A DNA stretch of 64,000 bases, from contig DATJJY010000063.1 of assembly GCA_035491895.1 (NCBI GenBank), positions 6,593 through 70,592 of the forward strand, read 5' to 3'. This document shows positions 41,231-50,246 of the stretch, piece after piece; the first letter of the stretch is position 1; every line of letters starts with the position of its first letter. This stretch comes from Gemmatimonadales bacterium (GTDB taxonomy: Bacteria; Gemmatimonadota; Gemmatimonadetes; Gemmatimonadales; GWC2-71-9). The notes below the pieces were generated by a model. That model had not been told where the DNA came from. It saw only the letters and a program-made list of their open reading frames with translations, and searched no databases. The translations under genes were made by a program, and so were the position numbers.

Positions 41231-42130
41231 TGCTTCTTCCAGGTAGCCTCCCGCCACGCCACCCACGACCATCACGAGTCCGAGCGTGCCGAGTGCGCTG
41301 AGCCGCTGGCCAAACAGGACGAAGGCGAGCAACGTCGCGACCACGGGCTCGATCGTCGCTGCGACCGCGGTCGGGGCGGCATCGATACGCTTGGTGGCGT
41401 TGAAGAACAGTACGTTGGCGATCACCACGGTGCCGGCCCCGAGCAACGCGGTGTACACCCACGCTCCCGGGGTCGGCGGCGGCAGCGGCGGCCGTCTTGC
41501 CAACACAAGGACGAGCCCGAGAATGACGATGCCGCCAAGGATCTCGAGCAACAAAACGCGCATGGCCCCGTAGCGGGGAACCGCATAGCGCGCCAGCAAT
41601 GTCGTGCCCACGTAGCTCAACGCGGCGAGCGCGCCGCCCAGAACGCCGGCGCGCAACGTAGTCGGAATCGCGACGCCGGCGCGGCTACCCCCCAATACAG
41701 CGAGCACCGCTCCCGCCATCACGACCACGGCCAGGACGAGACGCAACGGCGTGAGCGCTTCACCCAGTAGTGGTTTGGCCAGCAATGCCACGAGGACCGG
41801 GGCGGTGTACAGCAGCGCCGCCGCCCCAGCGACGCCCGCGCCGGAGATCGCGAACTGGTACGCGATCTCGAACAGGGCGACGAGCGCGCCACCAAGGAGG
41901 CCCACCAGGAGCCAGCCGTTGCGGTCGATGCGGAACAGGTCAGGGCGGGCGAGGCCGTAGGCCAGAATGGCCGTGATACCGAGCACCAGGCGCCAAAACC
42001 CGATCCCCGTGAGCGCCGCGCCTTGAGAATAGAGTAGCGTCGACAGCGGCCCCGTCGTCCCCCAGATCGAGCCGGCGCCCAGGGCGCAGGCGTAGCCCGT
42101 GAGGCGTGTGCGGCGGGAGGTGGTGTTCAA
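41207..42130 (-). CDS. DMT superfamily (EamA-like) transporter
   Basis: The start is trimmed to TTG 42130 (TTGA overlap with the phzF-like stop). About 10 TM segments are present. It is Gly/Ala/Leu-rich, with the EamA-type pattern GYACALGAGSIWGTTGPL... Confidence 0.8.
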   Translation of the reverse strand: MNTTSRRTRLTGYACALGAGSIWGTTGPLSTLLYSQGAALTGIGFWRLVLGITAILAYGLARPDLFRIDRNGWLLVGLLGGALVALFEIAYQFAISGAGVAGAAALLYTAPVLVALLAKPLLGEALTPLRLVLAVVVMAGAVLAVLGGSRAGVAIPTTLRAGVLGGALAALSYVGTTLLARYAVPRYGAMRVLLLEILGGIVILGLVLVLARRPPLPPPTPGAWVYTALLGAGTVVIANVLFFNATKRIDAAPTAVAATIEPVVATLLAFVLFGQRLSALGTLGLVMVVGGVAGGYLEEARGVRGER

Positions 42131-42933
42131 TCGGGATCGACGTCGAGGTCGCCGCGCAGCACGATGACCGCCTGGCCGGCGAGGATGACGCGCTCCCCCT
42201 TCGCCCGGACCTTCACGATGCCGCCACGCGCCGACGCCTGGCGGCCGACCAGCTCGGCACGACCCAGCTTCGCCGCCCAGTAGGGTGCGAGCGCGCAATG
42301 CGCGGAGCCGGTCACCGGGTCTTCATCTACACCGGAGCCCGGCGCGAAGAAGCGGGAGACGAAGTCGTAGTCGGAGCCGGACGCCCGGGCGGTGACGATT
42401 ACGCCGCGTACGGGGAGGCGGCGCAGCCTCGTGTGGTCGGGCGCGACGGCGAGCACCTCCGCCTCGGAGCCGACTTCGACGAGGTAATCCATACGGTTCC
42501 TTCCGATTGCGACGGCCGTGACACCGAGCGCGGGGAGGAGGTCGGGTGGCGCCCCGACCGGCGTCACCGGGACGGCGGGGAAGTCCATCGCGATCCACGA
42601 CCCGTCACGGTCCGCGGTGAGGCGGCCGCTCATCGTATCGAACCGTGCCTGGGTCCCGGCGGGGAGCAGCTGGTCCTCCCAGAGCACGTGTGCGGACGCG
42701 AGCGTCGCATGGCCGCACAGCGCGATCTCGACCGTGGGCGTGAACCAGCGCAGCTGCCAGGCGTCGCTCGCCGATGGGCGCACCAGGAACGCCGTTTCCG
42801 AGAGATTCATCTCGCGCGCCACGCGCTGCATCCACCCCTCGCTCGCCGGGCTGGGCAGCACGCACACCGCGGCGGGATTCCCCGCGAACGGCGTAGCGGT
42901 GAACGCGTCGACCTGCACGATGCGGACGCTCAT
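42127..42933 (-). CDS. PhzF family isomerase
   Basis: The protein reads MSVRIVQVDAFTATPFAGNPAAVCVL...ETAFL...LCGHATLASAHVL...GSAHCALAPYW, which is typical of the PhzF/YddE family. Confidence 0.9.
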   Translation of the reverse strand: MSVRIVQVDAFTATPFAGNPAAVCVLPSPASEGWMQRVAREMNLSETAFLVRPSASDAWQLRWFTPTVEIALCGHATLASAHVLWEDQLLPAGTQARFDTMSGRLTADRDGSWIAMDFPAVPVTPVGAPPDLLPALGVTAVAIGRNRMDYLVEVGSEAEVLAVAPDHTRLRRLPVRGVIVTARASGSDYDFVSRFFAPGSGVDEDPVTGSAHCALAPYWAAKLGRAELVGRQASARGGIVKVRAKGERVILAGQAVIVLRGDLDVDPD

Positions 42934-43420
42934 GTGGGTCCGCCTGCGGCGTGGATCCAGGATGGGAGATCCATCTCTGTAGAAGATAATGACTACGGGG
43001 CCTGAGCTAGCTCGTTGACGGCGCGCCGTTGCGGTGGTGTGATCCCGGCGACGAACGGTGAATGTGGCCCGGCTGGTTTCTCGGGACCGTCGGCGTGTCG
43101 TCCGCCTTCTTCTGGCACAACATCACCACGAGACACAACGTGGTGACCGGCACCCACCGATACTTCCGCCACGAACGCATGCGCCCCCTCCAGGCCTGTT
43201 TCGACCAAACCGCTCTTCGCTTCCAACTCGCTACGGGCAGTCTGACGTGGCCGACTCTCGTACGGCGGCTCGAAGCCGCCGCTCGGCGCCTGCGGCGACG
43301 CGTCTTCAGACACGCTCGCAACCGCCATTTATGGCATGTCGCGTCAGCGCCGAGCGCGGACTTCAGGCCGCGAACAAACCGCACCGACCTTGGTCAGGCT
43401 TTCCCAGGAGACCTGTCTGA

Positions 43421-44941
43421 TCAGTGGGCCGTCACGTTACCGGTCACCGGCGGGGCCATCGCGCCGAGCTGTGCTGCGCGCGCCGCGACCAGGTCACGCG
43501 CACGCGATTCCGACCAATTCCAGGACCGCCAGTCGCGCCCGCTGGGCGTCCCCCACCGCTCCAGCAGGAGCTTTGCCACCGCGGCTCGCTCGGCGGGCGC
43601 CAGTCGCGACAGCTCGTCGAGCAGCACCGGTACGGCGTCGGCGCTCAGCGTTCCCGCGGCGTACGCGGCATCGAACGGCATGGGAGAGGCGTGCGCGGCG
43701 TTCACCCGTGCGATCAACGCATCGGGGTTAACGAGGTGGAGAGCGCCGAGCACCGCCATGGCGTGCAGCAGGGCGCCGAAGGCGAATCGCGGGCGGCCGT
43801 CCCGCAACACCGTCCAGAGGAACCAGGCGAACACCCCGCCCAGCCAGACCATGAACGCCGTGGTGTAGAGGCGCAGCTCCGTCAGGCCGAACGCTCCGAC
43901 GTACAGCAGCATGCGCTGCAGCGCCGAGACAAGCAGCACGCCCACCATCGCCACGAGGAGGGTCGCAAGCACGCGGAACACCTGCCGCTCGCGAGGGCTT
44001 TGGCGCAGCGTGGCCCAATCGGCGACGAGCAGTACCGGCAGCACGAGCGCCGACGCCGTCACGAGCTCGAAGAAGCCACGACGGGCGTACTCCGCCATGG
44101 TGAGTCCCGTCGTCGCGGCGATCACTGCAGCGCCGCCGAATAACCAGCGGATCTGCAACGTCACGAATACCAGAAACAGCAGGTCGAGCGCGCCCAGCGC
44201 CGTCGCCGCGCTCGTGAGCCGCAGCGCCGGGCTGGCGACCCGCTCTCCGACTCCGGCGATTTCCGGGAAACCCATCGCGGCGCCGCGCAGGGCGCCCGTC
44301 GCGAGCCCGCCGATCAGCGCCGTGAAGAAAATGTGGCTCGCGAGCGTCGGGAGATCGAGCTGGATGCCATTCACCAGTGACTCGAACTCCGCATCGGCCC
44401 CCATGAAGAGTCCACCGAACACGACGAGCAGCGGCAGCGCTAGGATGAGTCCGATGCCGACGGCGCTCAAGTGCCGCCACCGCCCGCGTCCCTGGATCTG
44501 GCTCCAGGTGATGTCGCCGAACAGGAGGCGCGGCGTCCCGAACCAGGCATGCGCGCAGGCGAGGCAGGTGGCGACGAGGTAGGTCGACACCCCGCGGAGC
44601 CGGATCCGGCCGCCCTGCGTGGCCAGCGCGGTGAGCGAGAGCAGCCCGACCAACACCGCGAAGTCGATGAGGTGCAGCGCGGAGGAATCGCGCCGCACGA
44701 ACGCGATCGCGCAGAGGAAGACCGACAGCATGAGCCAGGGAAAGTCGGCGGAGACAGGCAGCCGGTAGCGGTGCGCCAGCCAGATTCCGGCCACGAGCAG
44801 CGTGCCGATCCAGATGGCGAGGTTCAATCCCAACGGTGCTCGCAGCAGCAGGTCCCCGAGTACTCCGAGACCCAGTCCCGACGCCAGGACGGTGAGGCCC
44901 AGCTCGGTGCGGGGCGTGGCCGGCAGCGTCGCGGCGGTCAT
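43421..44941 (-). CDS. DUF4173-like polytopic membrane protein
   Basis: 506 aa with more than 10 TM segments. The N-terminus LGLGVLGDLLLRAPLGLNLAIW is reminiscent of the DUF4153/DUF4173 family (from memory). ATGA overlap with the upstream gene. Confidence 0.65.
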   Translation of the reverse strand: MTAATLPATPRTELGLTVLASGLGLGVLGDLLLRAPLGLNLAIWIGTLLVAGIWLAHRYRLPVSADFPWLMLSVFLCAIAFVRRDSSALHLIDFAVLVGLLSLTALATQGGRIRLRGVSTYLVATCLACAHAWFGTPRLLFGDITWSQIQGRGRWRHLSAVGIGLILALPLLVVFGGLFMGADAEFESLVNGIQLDLPTLASHIFFTALIGGLATGALRGAAMGFPEIAGVGERVASPALRLTSAATALGALDLLFLVFVTLQIRWLFGGAAVIAATTGLTMAEYARRGFFELVTASALVLPVLLVADWATLRQSPRERQVFRVLATLLVAMVGVLLVSALQRMLLYVGAFGLTELRLYTTAFMVWLGGVFAWFLWTVLRDGRPRFAFGALLHAMAVLGALHLVNPDALIARVNAAHASPMPFDAAYAAGTLSADAVPVLLDELSRLAPAERAAVAKLLLERWGTPSGRDWRSWNWSESRARDLVAARAAQLGAMAPPVTGNVTAH

Positions 44942-45576
44942 GCGGCCAACCGGAACAACAGCTTCCCGTGCAGGAAGGCGTTTTCGTGAGCGATCATGAG
45001 GTGCGTCGGCCAGTCACCGCTCTCCAGCTCGAGTCGCGGCTGCCCTGCGTCCACCGGCACGTCGAAGACGAAGTCGGTGCTGTACTCCTGACCCGGGAGC
45101 AGCGTGCGGTCGAGGGCGTCGGGTGCGGCCGGATAGCGCCGGCCCTGCGCGTCGATCAGCGCCACCCTCCGTCCGTTCGGGTAGAGCGGGACGTCGCGCG
45201 GGCGCCAGCTGGCGATGGTCCCCGAATCGAAGCGCACGCGGACGGTGACGATGTAGAACAGCCCCTGGGCCGCCTTGCCCGCCCAGTCCTTCGCCGTCTT
45301 CACGCCGGCGACCGAGTAGGCGAGGTGGCAGTCGACCTCACAGATGTGCTTTTCCTCTCCCAGGGCCAGATCGCGCGTCCGGCTGGCGAGCGACGTGATC
45401 AGGAACAGGCCGGCGTACAGGGTGAGCCCGCCACCCTCGATCCAGGCGATGACCCGAGCCCACGCCGGCTGCTTGAGCATCAGGGCGAGGAGGAAGCCCG
45501 CTCCCAGCGCCAGCGTGCCGAGCACGGCCACGATGAAGAGACCGAACGAGATGGGGCCCAGACTGTCGGTGATCAT
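44938..45576 (-). CDS. hypothetical membrane protein (2 TM + beta-rich domain)
   Basis: 212 aa with an ATG start. TM segments: ISFGLFIVAVLGTLALGAGFLLALML and LTLYAGLFLITSLA. No family recognised. Confidence 0.6.
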   Translation of the reverse strand: MITDSLGPISFGLFIVAVLGTLALGAGFLLALMLKQPAWARVIAWIEGGGLTLYAGLFLITSLASRTRDLALGEEKHICEVDCHLAYSVAGVKTAKDWAGKAAQGLFYIVTVRVRFDSGTIASWRPRDVPLYPNGRRVALIDAQGRRYPAAPDALDRTLLPGQEYSTDFVFDVPVDAGQPRLELESGDWPTHLMIAHENAFLHGKLLFRLAA

Positions 45577-45597
45577 TTCCAGCTCCGAGGACAGGGG

Positions 45598-46230
45598 TCA
45601 GCCGGCGGCGGCCTCGGAGATTCCTCCGAAGCGGCGGTCGCGGGCGTGGAACCAGTCGATGGCGGCCGCCAGGTCGGCGGCGCCGAAGTCGGGCCACATC
45701 GTGGTCGTGAAGTACAGCTCGGCGTAGGCGCATTCCCACAGCAGGAAGTCCGACAGGCGCTGCTCGCCGCCGGTGCGGATCAGCAGGTCGACGTCGGGGA
45801 GGAGGTGGCCCGTCTCGATGGCGTGCCGGGCCGAGTAGTCCACCGCGAGCCGCAGCGCGAGCTTCGTTCCGGCGCGCGTGCGCTCTTCGGCAACGGCGAT
45901 GGCCTCGACCAGCGGCCCCGCGAGGCGGTCGCGCCGGCCGATGACGCGCAGGGCGACTCCGTGCTCGATGCAGCGCGGGGTCTCGGTGCGCAGGTGGCGG
46001 GCGAAGAGGCGCATCAGCGTGTTGACCTCGGCCGGGGGGCGCTTCCAGTTGTCGCTGGAGAAGGCGAACAGCGTGAGCGCGCCGACCCCGAGGCCGGGGG
46101 CCGCCTCGATCGTGCGGCGCACCGCTTCGGCGCCGACGCGGTGTCCGGCGGTGCGCTCGAGCCCGCGGCGCTGCGCCCAGCGGCCGTTGCCATCGAGGAT
46201 GATCGCGACATGCAGAGGACTTTGTGACAT
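45598..46230 (-). CDS. uppS: isoprenyl transferase (undecaprenyl-diphosphate synthase family)
   Basis: The start is set at ATG 46230, preceded by GAGGG. Family motifs: [48 protein letters not shown]. At about 210 aa it is shorter than typical UppS. Confidence 0.9.
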   Translation of the reverse strand: MSQSPLHVAIILDGNGRWAQRRGLERTAGHRVGAEAVRRTIEAAPGLGVGALTLFAFSSDNWKRPPAEVNTLMRLFARHLRTETPRCIEHGVALRVIGRRDRLAGPLVEAIAVAEERTRAGTKLALRLAVDYSARHAIETGHLLPDVDLLIRTGGEQRLSDFLLWECAYAELYFTTTMWPDFGAADLAAAIDWFHARDRRFGGISEAAAG

Positions 46231-46258
46231 AAAGTTTACCCTCAAAAAAAATTGGGGC

Positions 46259-46627
46259 TCACCGCGTAGCGCGGATCAACGCCTCCATGTGGTCGAGATA
46301 GCGCTCCAGCGCCCGGCGTCCGGAGGCGGTGAGGCGGTACTCGGTCTTCGGGATGCGGCCGTCGAACGACTTCGTGCAGCTGATGTATTCCGCTTCCTCG
46401 AGCTTGCGGGCGTGGACGCTGAGATTGCCGTCCGACACCTTGAGCAACGACTTGAGGTCGTTGAAGCTGAGCCGATCGACGCCGGCCAGCGCCGACACGA
46501 TCCCCAGCCGTACGCGCTCGTGGATCAGGCGGTCCAGCTCGGCCGCGGCGCGCGCCGCTCCGCGCGCGGCGGTTTCGCCGCGTGGGGACGGGGTCGTGTG
46601 CCGTGCAGCCGACGATTTAGCCACCAT
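46259..46627 (-). CDS. winged-helix transcriptional regulator (HTH_34/ArsR-like)
   Basis: The start is trimmed to ATG 46627. The protein reads [84 protein letters not shown]. Confidence 0.8.
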   Translation of the reverse strand: MVAKSSAARHTTPSPRGETAARGAARAAAELDRLIHERVRLGIVSALAGVDRLSFNDLKSLLKVSDGNLSVHARKLEEAEYISCTKSFDGRIPKTEYRLTASGRRALERYLDHMEALIRATR

Positions 46628-47198
46628 ACCTCCGCGCGATCCAGTATCCGAAGACGATGTGCAACCCGCCGAAGCCGGCGGCGAGCAGCCACTCGGCTGC
46701 CCCGGGAGCAAACAGTGCCGCCGACCCCAGCAGGAGAAATCCCAAGCCCATGACCGGCACGATGGGGACCGAGAAGGCTCCCCCCGCCACAACACCCGTC
46801 CCGTACAACAGCAGCCAGACGGCGGGAATCAGGCGGCGGTCACCGCCGAAATACAGCGCCACCGTCAACAGCCCGCCCACGATGAGCGGCGGGAGGAAAC
46901 TCAACCCGAAGCGCCGGCCGGGGCCGGAGAGCAGCGAGTCGTTGGCGGCGCGCGCTTTACGCACCATCGTCCAGCCGCCGATCGCCAACGCCAGGATCGC
47001 TTCACCGAGCCAGGTGACCAGCCAGTTCAACACCGACGTCTGCCGGGCGGCGAGCGCCGCGGCGCCGAGCGCCGTGACGCCGATCGCGACCTGGCCCCAC
47101 CCGGGAACGGCGGTGAACGATCCGGCGCGCTCCATGGTGCGGCGGATGTAGCTCAGGTTGTCGAGCGCACGGTCGGCGAGCGGCTGCGGCGACGCCAT
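46617..47198 (-). CDS. hypothetical membrane protein (partner of the HTH regulator)
   Basis: The start is set at ATG 47198 (MASPQPLADRALDNLSYIRRTMERAG). The track start, TTG 47237, is the TTGACA of the putative promoter. There are 5-6 TM segments. It overlaps the regulator gene by 11 nt. Confidence 0.65.
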   Translation of the reverse strand: MASPQPLADRALDNLSYIRRTMERAGSFTAVPGWGQVAIGVTALGAAALAARQTSVLNWLVTWLGEAILALAIGGWTMVRKARAANDSLLSGPGRRFGLSFLPPLIVGGLLTVALYFGGDRRLIPAVWLLLYGTGVVAGGAFSVPIVPVMGLGFLLLGSAALFAPGAAEWLLAAGFGGLHIVFGYWIARRYGG

Positions 47199-47203
47199 GC
47201 TGG

Positions 47204-47255
47204 ATACTAATATCTGATATCCGAATGTTCTTGTCAAGTACTTTGTGATACAAAG
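47204..47255 (-). promoter_or_regulatory. sigma70-like promoter with adjacent palindromes in an AT-rich island
   Basis: On the minus strand: TTGACA (47237-47232), a 17-nt spacer, then GATATT (47214-47209), about 10 nt before ATG 47198. The palindrome CTTTGT-GAT-ACAAAG (47241-47255) lies just upstream of the -35 element. ATATC-T-GATAT (47210-47220) overlaps the -10 element. Confidence 0.4.
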
Positions 47256-47275
47256 AAGCGAGGATTCTCAACCGA

Positions 47276-47713
47276 TTACGGTGACCGGTCTTTCAGGCGC
47301 CGCACCAGCTTCAGCCCCGACCACACCTCGTCGATGGCGCAAACCTTCACATCGACGAGGCCGCCAGCCAGGGCCACTTCTCGCACGACGTCCTCCGTGA
47401 GATCGGTCGCGACCCCCGACGCCTTCTTGGGCCACGACACCCACAGCGCGCCGTCCTGTGCCAATGCTCGCTTCAGGGAAGGGAAGCGCCGTTCGAGCTG
47501 CGCTCGCCGCGTGGTGAAGAAATGAATGAAGGGGAGCACGCCGCGCAGAGACGAGGCAACGGATACCCCAATGGGCAATGGGCCGAGCGTGGACCGGTAG
47601 CCGCGCCGTGCGGCGATGATCGCGATGCGGAAGCCCGGTTTGATGCCGAGTTTGTCGACGAGGCGCTTGCCTGAGTATCCGGTTGTCCTCATCCCTCTCC
47701 CCTGGGCGTTCAC
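47276..47713 (-). CDS. DUF3052-like protein
   Basis: TGYSGKRLVDKLGIKPGFRIAII...ALWVSWPKKASGVATDLTEDVVR matches my memory of DUF3052. The start may be the internal ATG at 47692. Confidence 0.65.
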   Translation of the reverse strand: MNAQGRGMRTTGYSGKRLVDKLGIKPGFRIAIIAARRGYRSTLGPLPIGVSVASSLRGVLPFIHFFTTRRAQLERRFPSLKRALAQDGALWVSWPKKASGVATDLTEDVVREVALAGGLVDVKVCAIDEVWSGLKLVRRLKDRSP

Positions 47714-47756
47714 TCAGCGGCTCTGCGGCCCGGCGTCTGCCCCGACGTCTCAGCGT

Positions 47757-48602
47757 CTATTGCCCGAACAAAACGAGACCGTATGCTCCTACGGCGCGAA
47801 ACCCAATTCCCCGGTAAGCCCGCTTTGCATCCTCGCGCTCCGCGAACAGCACGGCGCGTCGCACCCCGGTTTGCGCCACCTCGACGAGCGAGCCGGCGAC
47901 GACCGCCCGTCCATACCCCCGTCCCCTGAGCTCCCGCGGCGTCCAGACGCCGCCGATCTGCACGATGTCCGGCAGCCGGGCGTTGAACGCGGAGTACGAG
48001 ACGAGACCGCCGTCTTCCAGCACCCAGTTCGAGCCCTGCTCGTAGGCGAGCGCGAGCTCCCGCTCGCATTCGCCGCGCAGCGTCGGCGAGTCGGGGAATT
48101 GCAGTGCTTCGCGAGCGAAGTCGACGCGCCAGTCGACGAGGAGTTCGAGCTCGTCCGGCCGTGGGTGGCGACAGATCCAGCGGCCGTCGGCAAGCGGCTG
48201 CGGAACCACGAGATCGGCGAGGTCCAAGGCGAACAGCTCCTCGCGGCCGAATTTCGGGGCGGGGCGATCGTCCAGGCCCAGGGCGGTTCGCGCCGCGCTG
48301 ACCTGCTCGGCGGGCCCCGAGAGCCCGGCGATTGGCCGGCCCGATTGCGCGACCGCCGCGCGCGCCACCGCGGCGATGTTCACCGGCGCCTGCAACAGGA
48401 GCATGCCGTTCCAGCAGTGGGCCGCGACGGCGACGATCTGATCGCTGTCGAACGCCGCGACGTACTCCGCTTCGAGCGGCTGGCCCTGGTAGACGAGGCC
48501 CGCGGCGCGGGAGTTCGAGCGCAGAAACATCGAGAAGTCGGCGTGGCGGACGAGAAATGTCTCGAGCTGCGCTGCGTCGCCGGGCCGGAGCGGACGAATC
48601 AT
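47757..48602 (-). CDS. GNAT family N-acetyltransferase
   Basis: 281 aa. The acetyl-CoA motif region is VWTPRELRGRGYGRAVVAGSL. The ATG immediately abuts the upstream stop. Confidence 0.8.
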   Translation of the reverse strand: MIRPLRPGDAAQLETFLVRHADFSMFLRSNSRAAGLVYQGQPLEAEYVAAFDSDQIVAVAAHCWNGMLLLQAPVNIAAVARAAVAQSGRPIAGLSGPAEQVSAARTALGLDDRPAPKFGREELFALDLADLVVPQPLADGRWICRHPRPDELELLVDWRVDFAREALQFPDSPTLRGECERELALAYEQGSNWVLEDGGLVSYSAFNARLPDIVQIGGVWTPRELRGRGYGRAVVAGSLVEVAQTGVRRAVLFAEREDAKRAYRGIGFRAVGAYGLVLFGQ

Positions 48603-49508
48603 CTACGGCGTCGCGGTCGTCGCCTTGGGGTTTCGCACGAAGTCCGCCACCAGGTTCGCGACGGGATCCGCGGGATCCAGGAAGCCCGTCGTCGTCGTGA
48701 TGTGACGGCGGCCCGGAAGGATCCGGATGTCCGCGGGACGCTCGTGCTCCCGCATCAGACGGACGAAGCGGGCCCCTTCTTCGAGGATCGATGGAAAGAA
48801 GCGCTCGGACTCCGCCACCAGGACGAGAAATGGCGGTGCGGTGGGCCCTACCCACGCTGTGGGGTTGGCGCGCAGTCGCCACGCGAGGGTCCCGTAGAGC
48901 TGGCGGTCCGTGGCGTCACGGGCGAACGCCGCGGCGAGCTTTTGCGGATTCACCTCTCTCCCCGTGGTGTCCCACGGCGCGAGCGTGCACCCCATCGCTA
49001 CAACGCCGGCGACGGCAGCGGGCGTGAGGCCGCTCTTCTGGAGATAGATCGAATCGAGGGCGACGAGCGCAGCAAGGAAGCATCCTGAGCTGTGGCCGAC
49101 GAGAAAGATCCGGTTGGGATCGCCACCGTGCGCGGCGACGGAGTCCTTCAGCCAACGCACCGCCGCGGCCACGTCCTCGGGCATCGCGGGCCACCGGTAG
49201 GAGGGTGAGAGTCGATAGTCCATTGTGGCGCAGACAATGCCGCGCAGGGTGAGCCCCGGGCATACTTGAGCATAGATCGGGGACGTACGGCGCTCGCCCG
49301 CTTCCTCGAGCGAGCCCCCGTGGATGAACAGGACGACGGGCGCATGCGCGGCGTCTGCCCGCGCGAATAAGTCCAGGTGTTGTTCCGTCGCGGCGTCCAG
49401 CCGATACGGGATGTTGCGGTCGACACGTTGCGCGCTGAGGACAGTGGCGACGGCAGCGTGAACGGCACAGGTGAGGGCGGCCAGGAACCGGATGTCCACG
49501 ATCCTCAC
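48603..49508 (-). CDS. secreted alpha/beta hydrolase (esterase/lipase-like)
   Basis: The start is set at GTG 49508, giving (M)RIVDIRFLAALTCAVHAAVATVLSAQ. The oxyanion region is VVLFIHGGSL. The nucleophile elbow is LVGHSSGCF. Confidence 0.8.
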   Translation of the reverse strand: MRIVDIRFLAALTCAVHAAVATVLSAQRVDRNIPYRLDAATEQHLDLFARADAAHAPVVLFIHGGSLEEAGERRTSPIYAQVCPGLTLRGIVCATMDYRLSPSYRWPAMPEDVAAAVRWLKDSVAAHGGDPNRIFLVGHSSGCFLAALVALDSIYLQKSGLTPAAVAGVVAMGCTLAPWDTTGREVNPQKLAAAFARDATDRQLYGTLAWRLRANPTAWVGPTAPPFLVLVAESERFFPSILEEGARFVRLMREHERPADIRILPGRRHITTTTGFLDPADPVANLVADFVRNPKATTATP

Positions 49509-49512
49509 GAAC

Positions 49513-49941
49513 CTATTGCAGGACCGTCTGCTGCATCGCGATCGCCTGCCAGCGACCATCCCGACGGACGAACACGCGCGTGTACCGGATCTTGCCCGTG
49601 AACGGGAAGCCGCGAAACGTCCCGGTGTTGTCGGCGATGCCGCGCAGCACGGCGACGTCGCCGTAGATCCGAACGGCCAGGCTGTCGTAGTGCACCGTCA
49701 CGAGCTTCAGGTCGCCGCTCGCGATATCGCGGATGTTGTCCGCCCGCGTGCGGATCTGGCCGAGGCGCGAAACTTCCACGAATTCCTCGGCGATCATTCG
49801 CGACAGCGCGACGGTATCGGCTTTCACGAGCGCCTGCGCCCGGGCCTGCTCCGCGGCGCGCACCGAATCTTCGGCTGTGCCCTGGGCCGCGAGTCGTGCA
49901 GCCAACACCAGTGCGAGCCCCATCGAGAATATGGCCTTCAC
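49513..49941 (-). CDS. NTF2-like (DUF4440/SnoaL-like) secreted protein
   Basis: The start is set at GTG 49941 (GTGA overlap), giving (M)KAIFSMGLALVLAARLAAQG. The C-terminus YTRVFVRRDGRWQAIAMQQT is typical of DUF4440. Confidence 0.7.
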   Translation of the reverse strand: MKAIFSMGLALVLAARLAAQGTAEDSVRAAEQARAQALVKADTVALSRMIAEEFVEVSRLGQIRTRADNIRDIASGDLKLVTVHYDSLAVRIYGDVAVLRGIADNTGTFRGFPFTGKIRYTRVFVRRDGRWQAIAMQQTVLQ

Positions 49942-50246
49942 TTGACGTTCTCCCATGCCATCGTTAACGCCTCGCGCACCGCGCCTTTCCGTGCACTCGG
50001 AAGGGCCACGTTGGTCGCGCCGGATCGGCCCCACGCTCCTTTGACCGGCACAAACGCCTTGGGCTGACTGCGGACGAACAGCTCCTGCTGCTCGGACGTG
50101 AGCTTCACCATCCCCCAGCCGCGCCCGGGATAGCCGAGCGTCGCGAAGATCTTGCCACCGACGCGGAAGTCGGGGTGGCCCATGTGCGATTGGGCGGTCG
50201 CACCTTCGAGACGCAGGGCCATGCGCCGGAATTCCTGGGCCGTCAT
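49938..50246 (-). CDS. MmcQ/YjbR family protein
   Basis: MTAQEFRRMALRLEGATAQSHMGHPDFRVGGKIFATL matches the YjbR-like pattern. ATGA overlap with the upstream gene. Confidence 0.7.
   Translation of the reverse strand: MTAQEFRRMALRLEGATAQSHMGHPDFRVGGKIFATLGYPGRGWGMVKLTSEQQELFVRSQPKAFVPVKGAWGRSGATNVALPSARKGAVREALTMAWENVK

Noticed and set aside
42993-43384. Minus-strand ORFs 42993-43328 (111 aa) and 43007-43384 (125 aa)
   Set aside because: Their third-codon positions coincide with first or second positions of a plus-strand frame that shows the stronger GC3 bias. One is poly-Arg-rich, and there is no signal peptide or motif.
42934-43420. tRNA, tmRNA or riboswitch in the largest non-coding gap
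   Set aside because: I could not find a cloverleaf (acceptor stem plus a GTTCxAxxC T-loop) or any riboswitch core I recognise. The region is retained only as an unassigned finding.
46231-46274. Intrinsic terminator: A8/T8 run (46244-46251) after the HTH regulator gene
   Set aside because: A T8 run on the transcribed strand is striking in this genome. However, the only preceding stem is 5 bp (CCGCG-nnn-CGCGG, inside the coding 3' end) and lies 10 nt away, so support is too weak to annotate.
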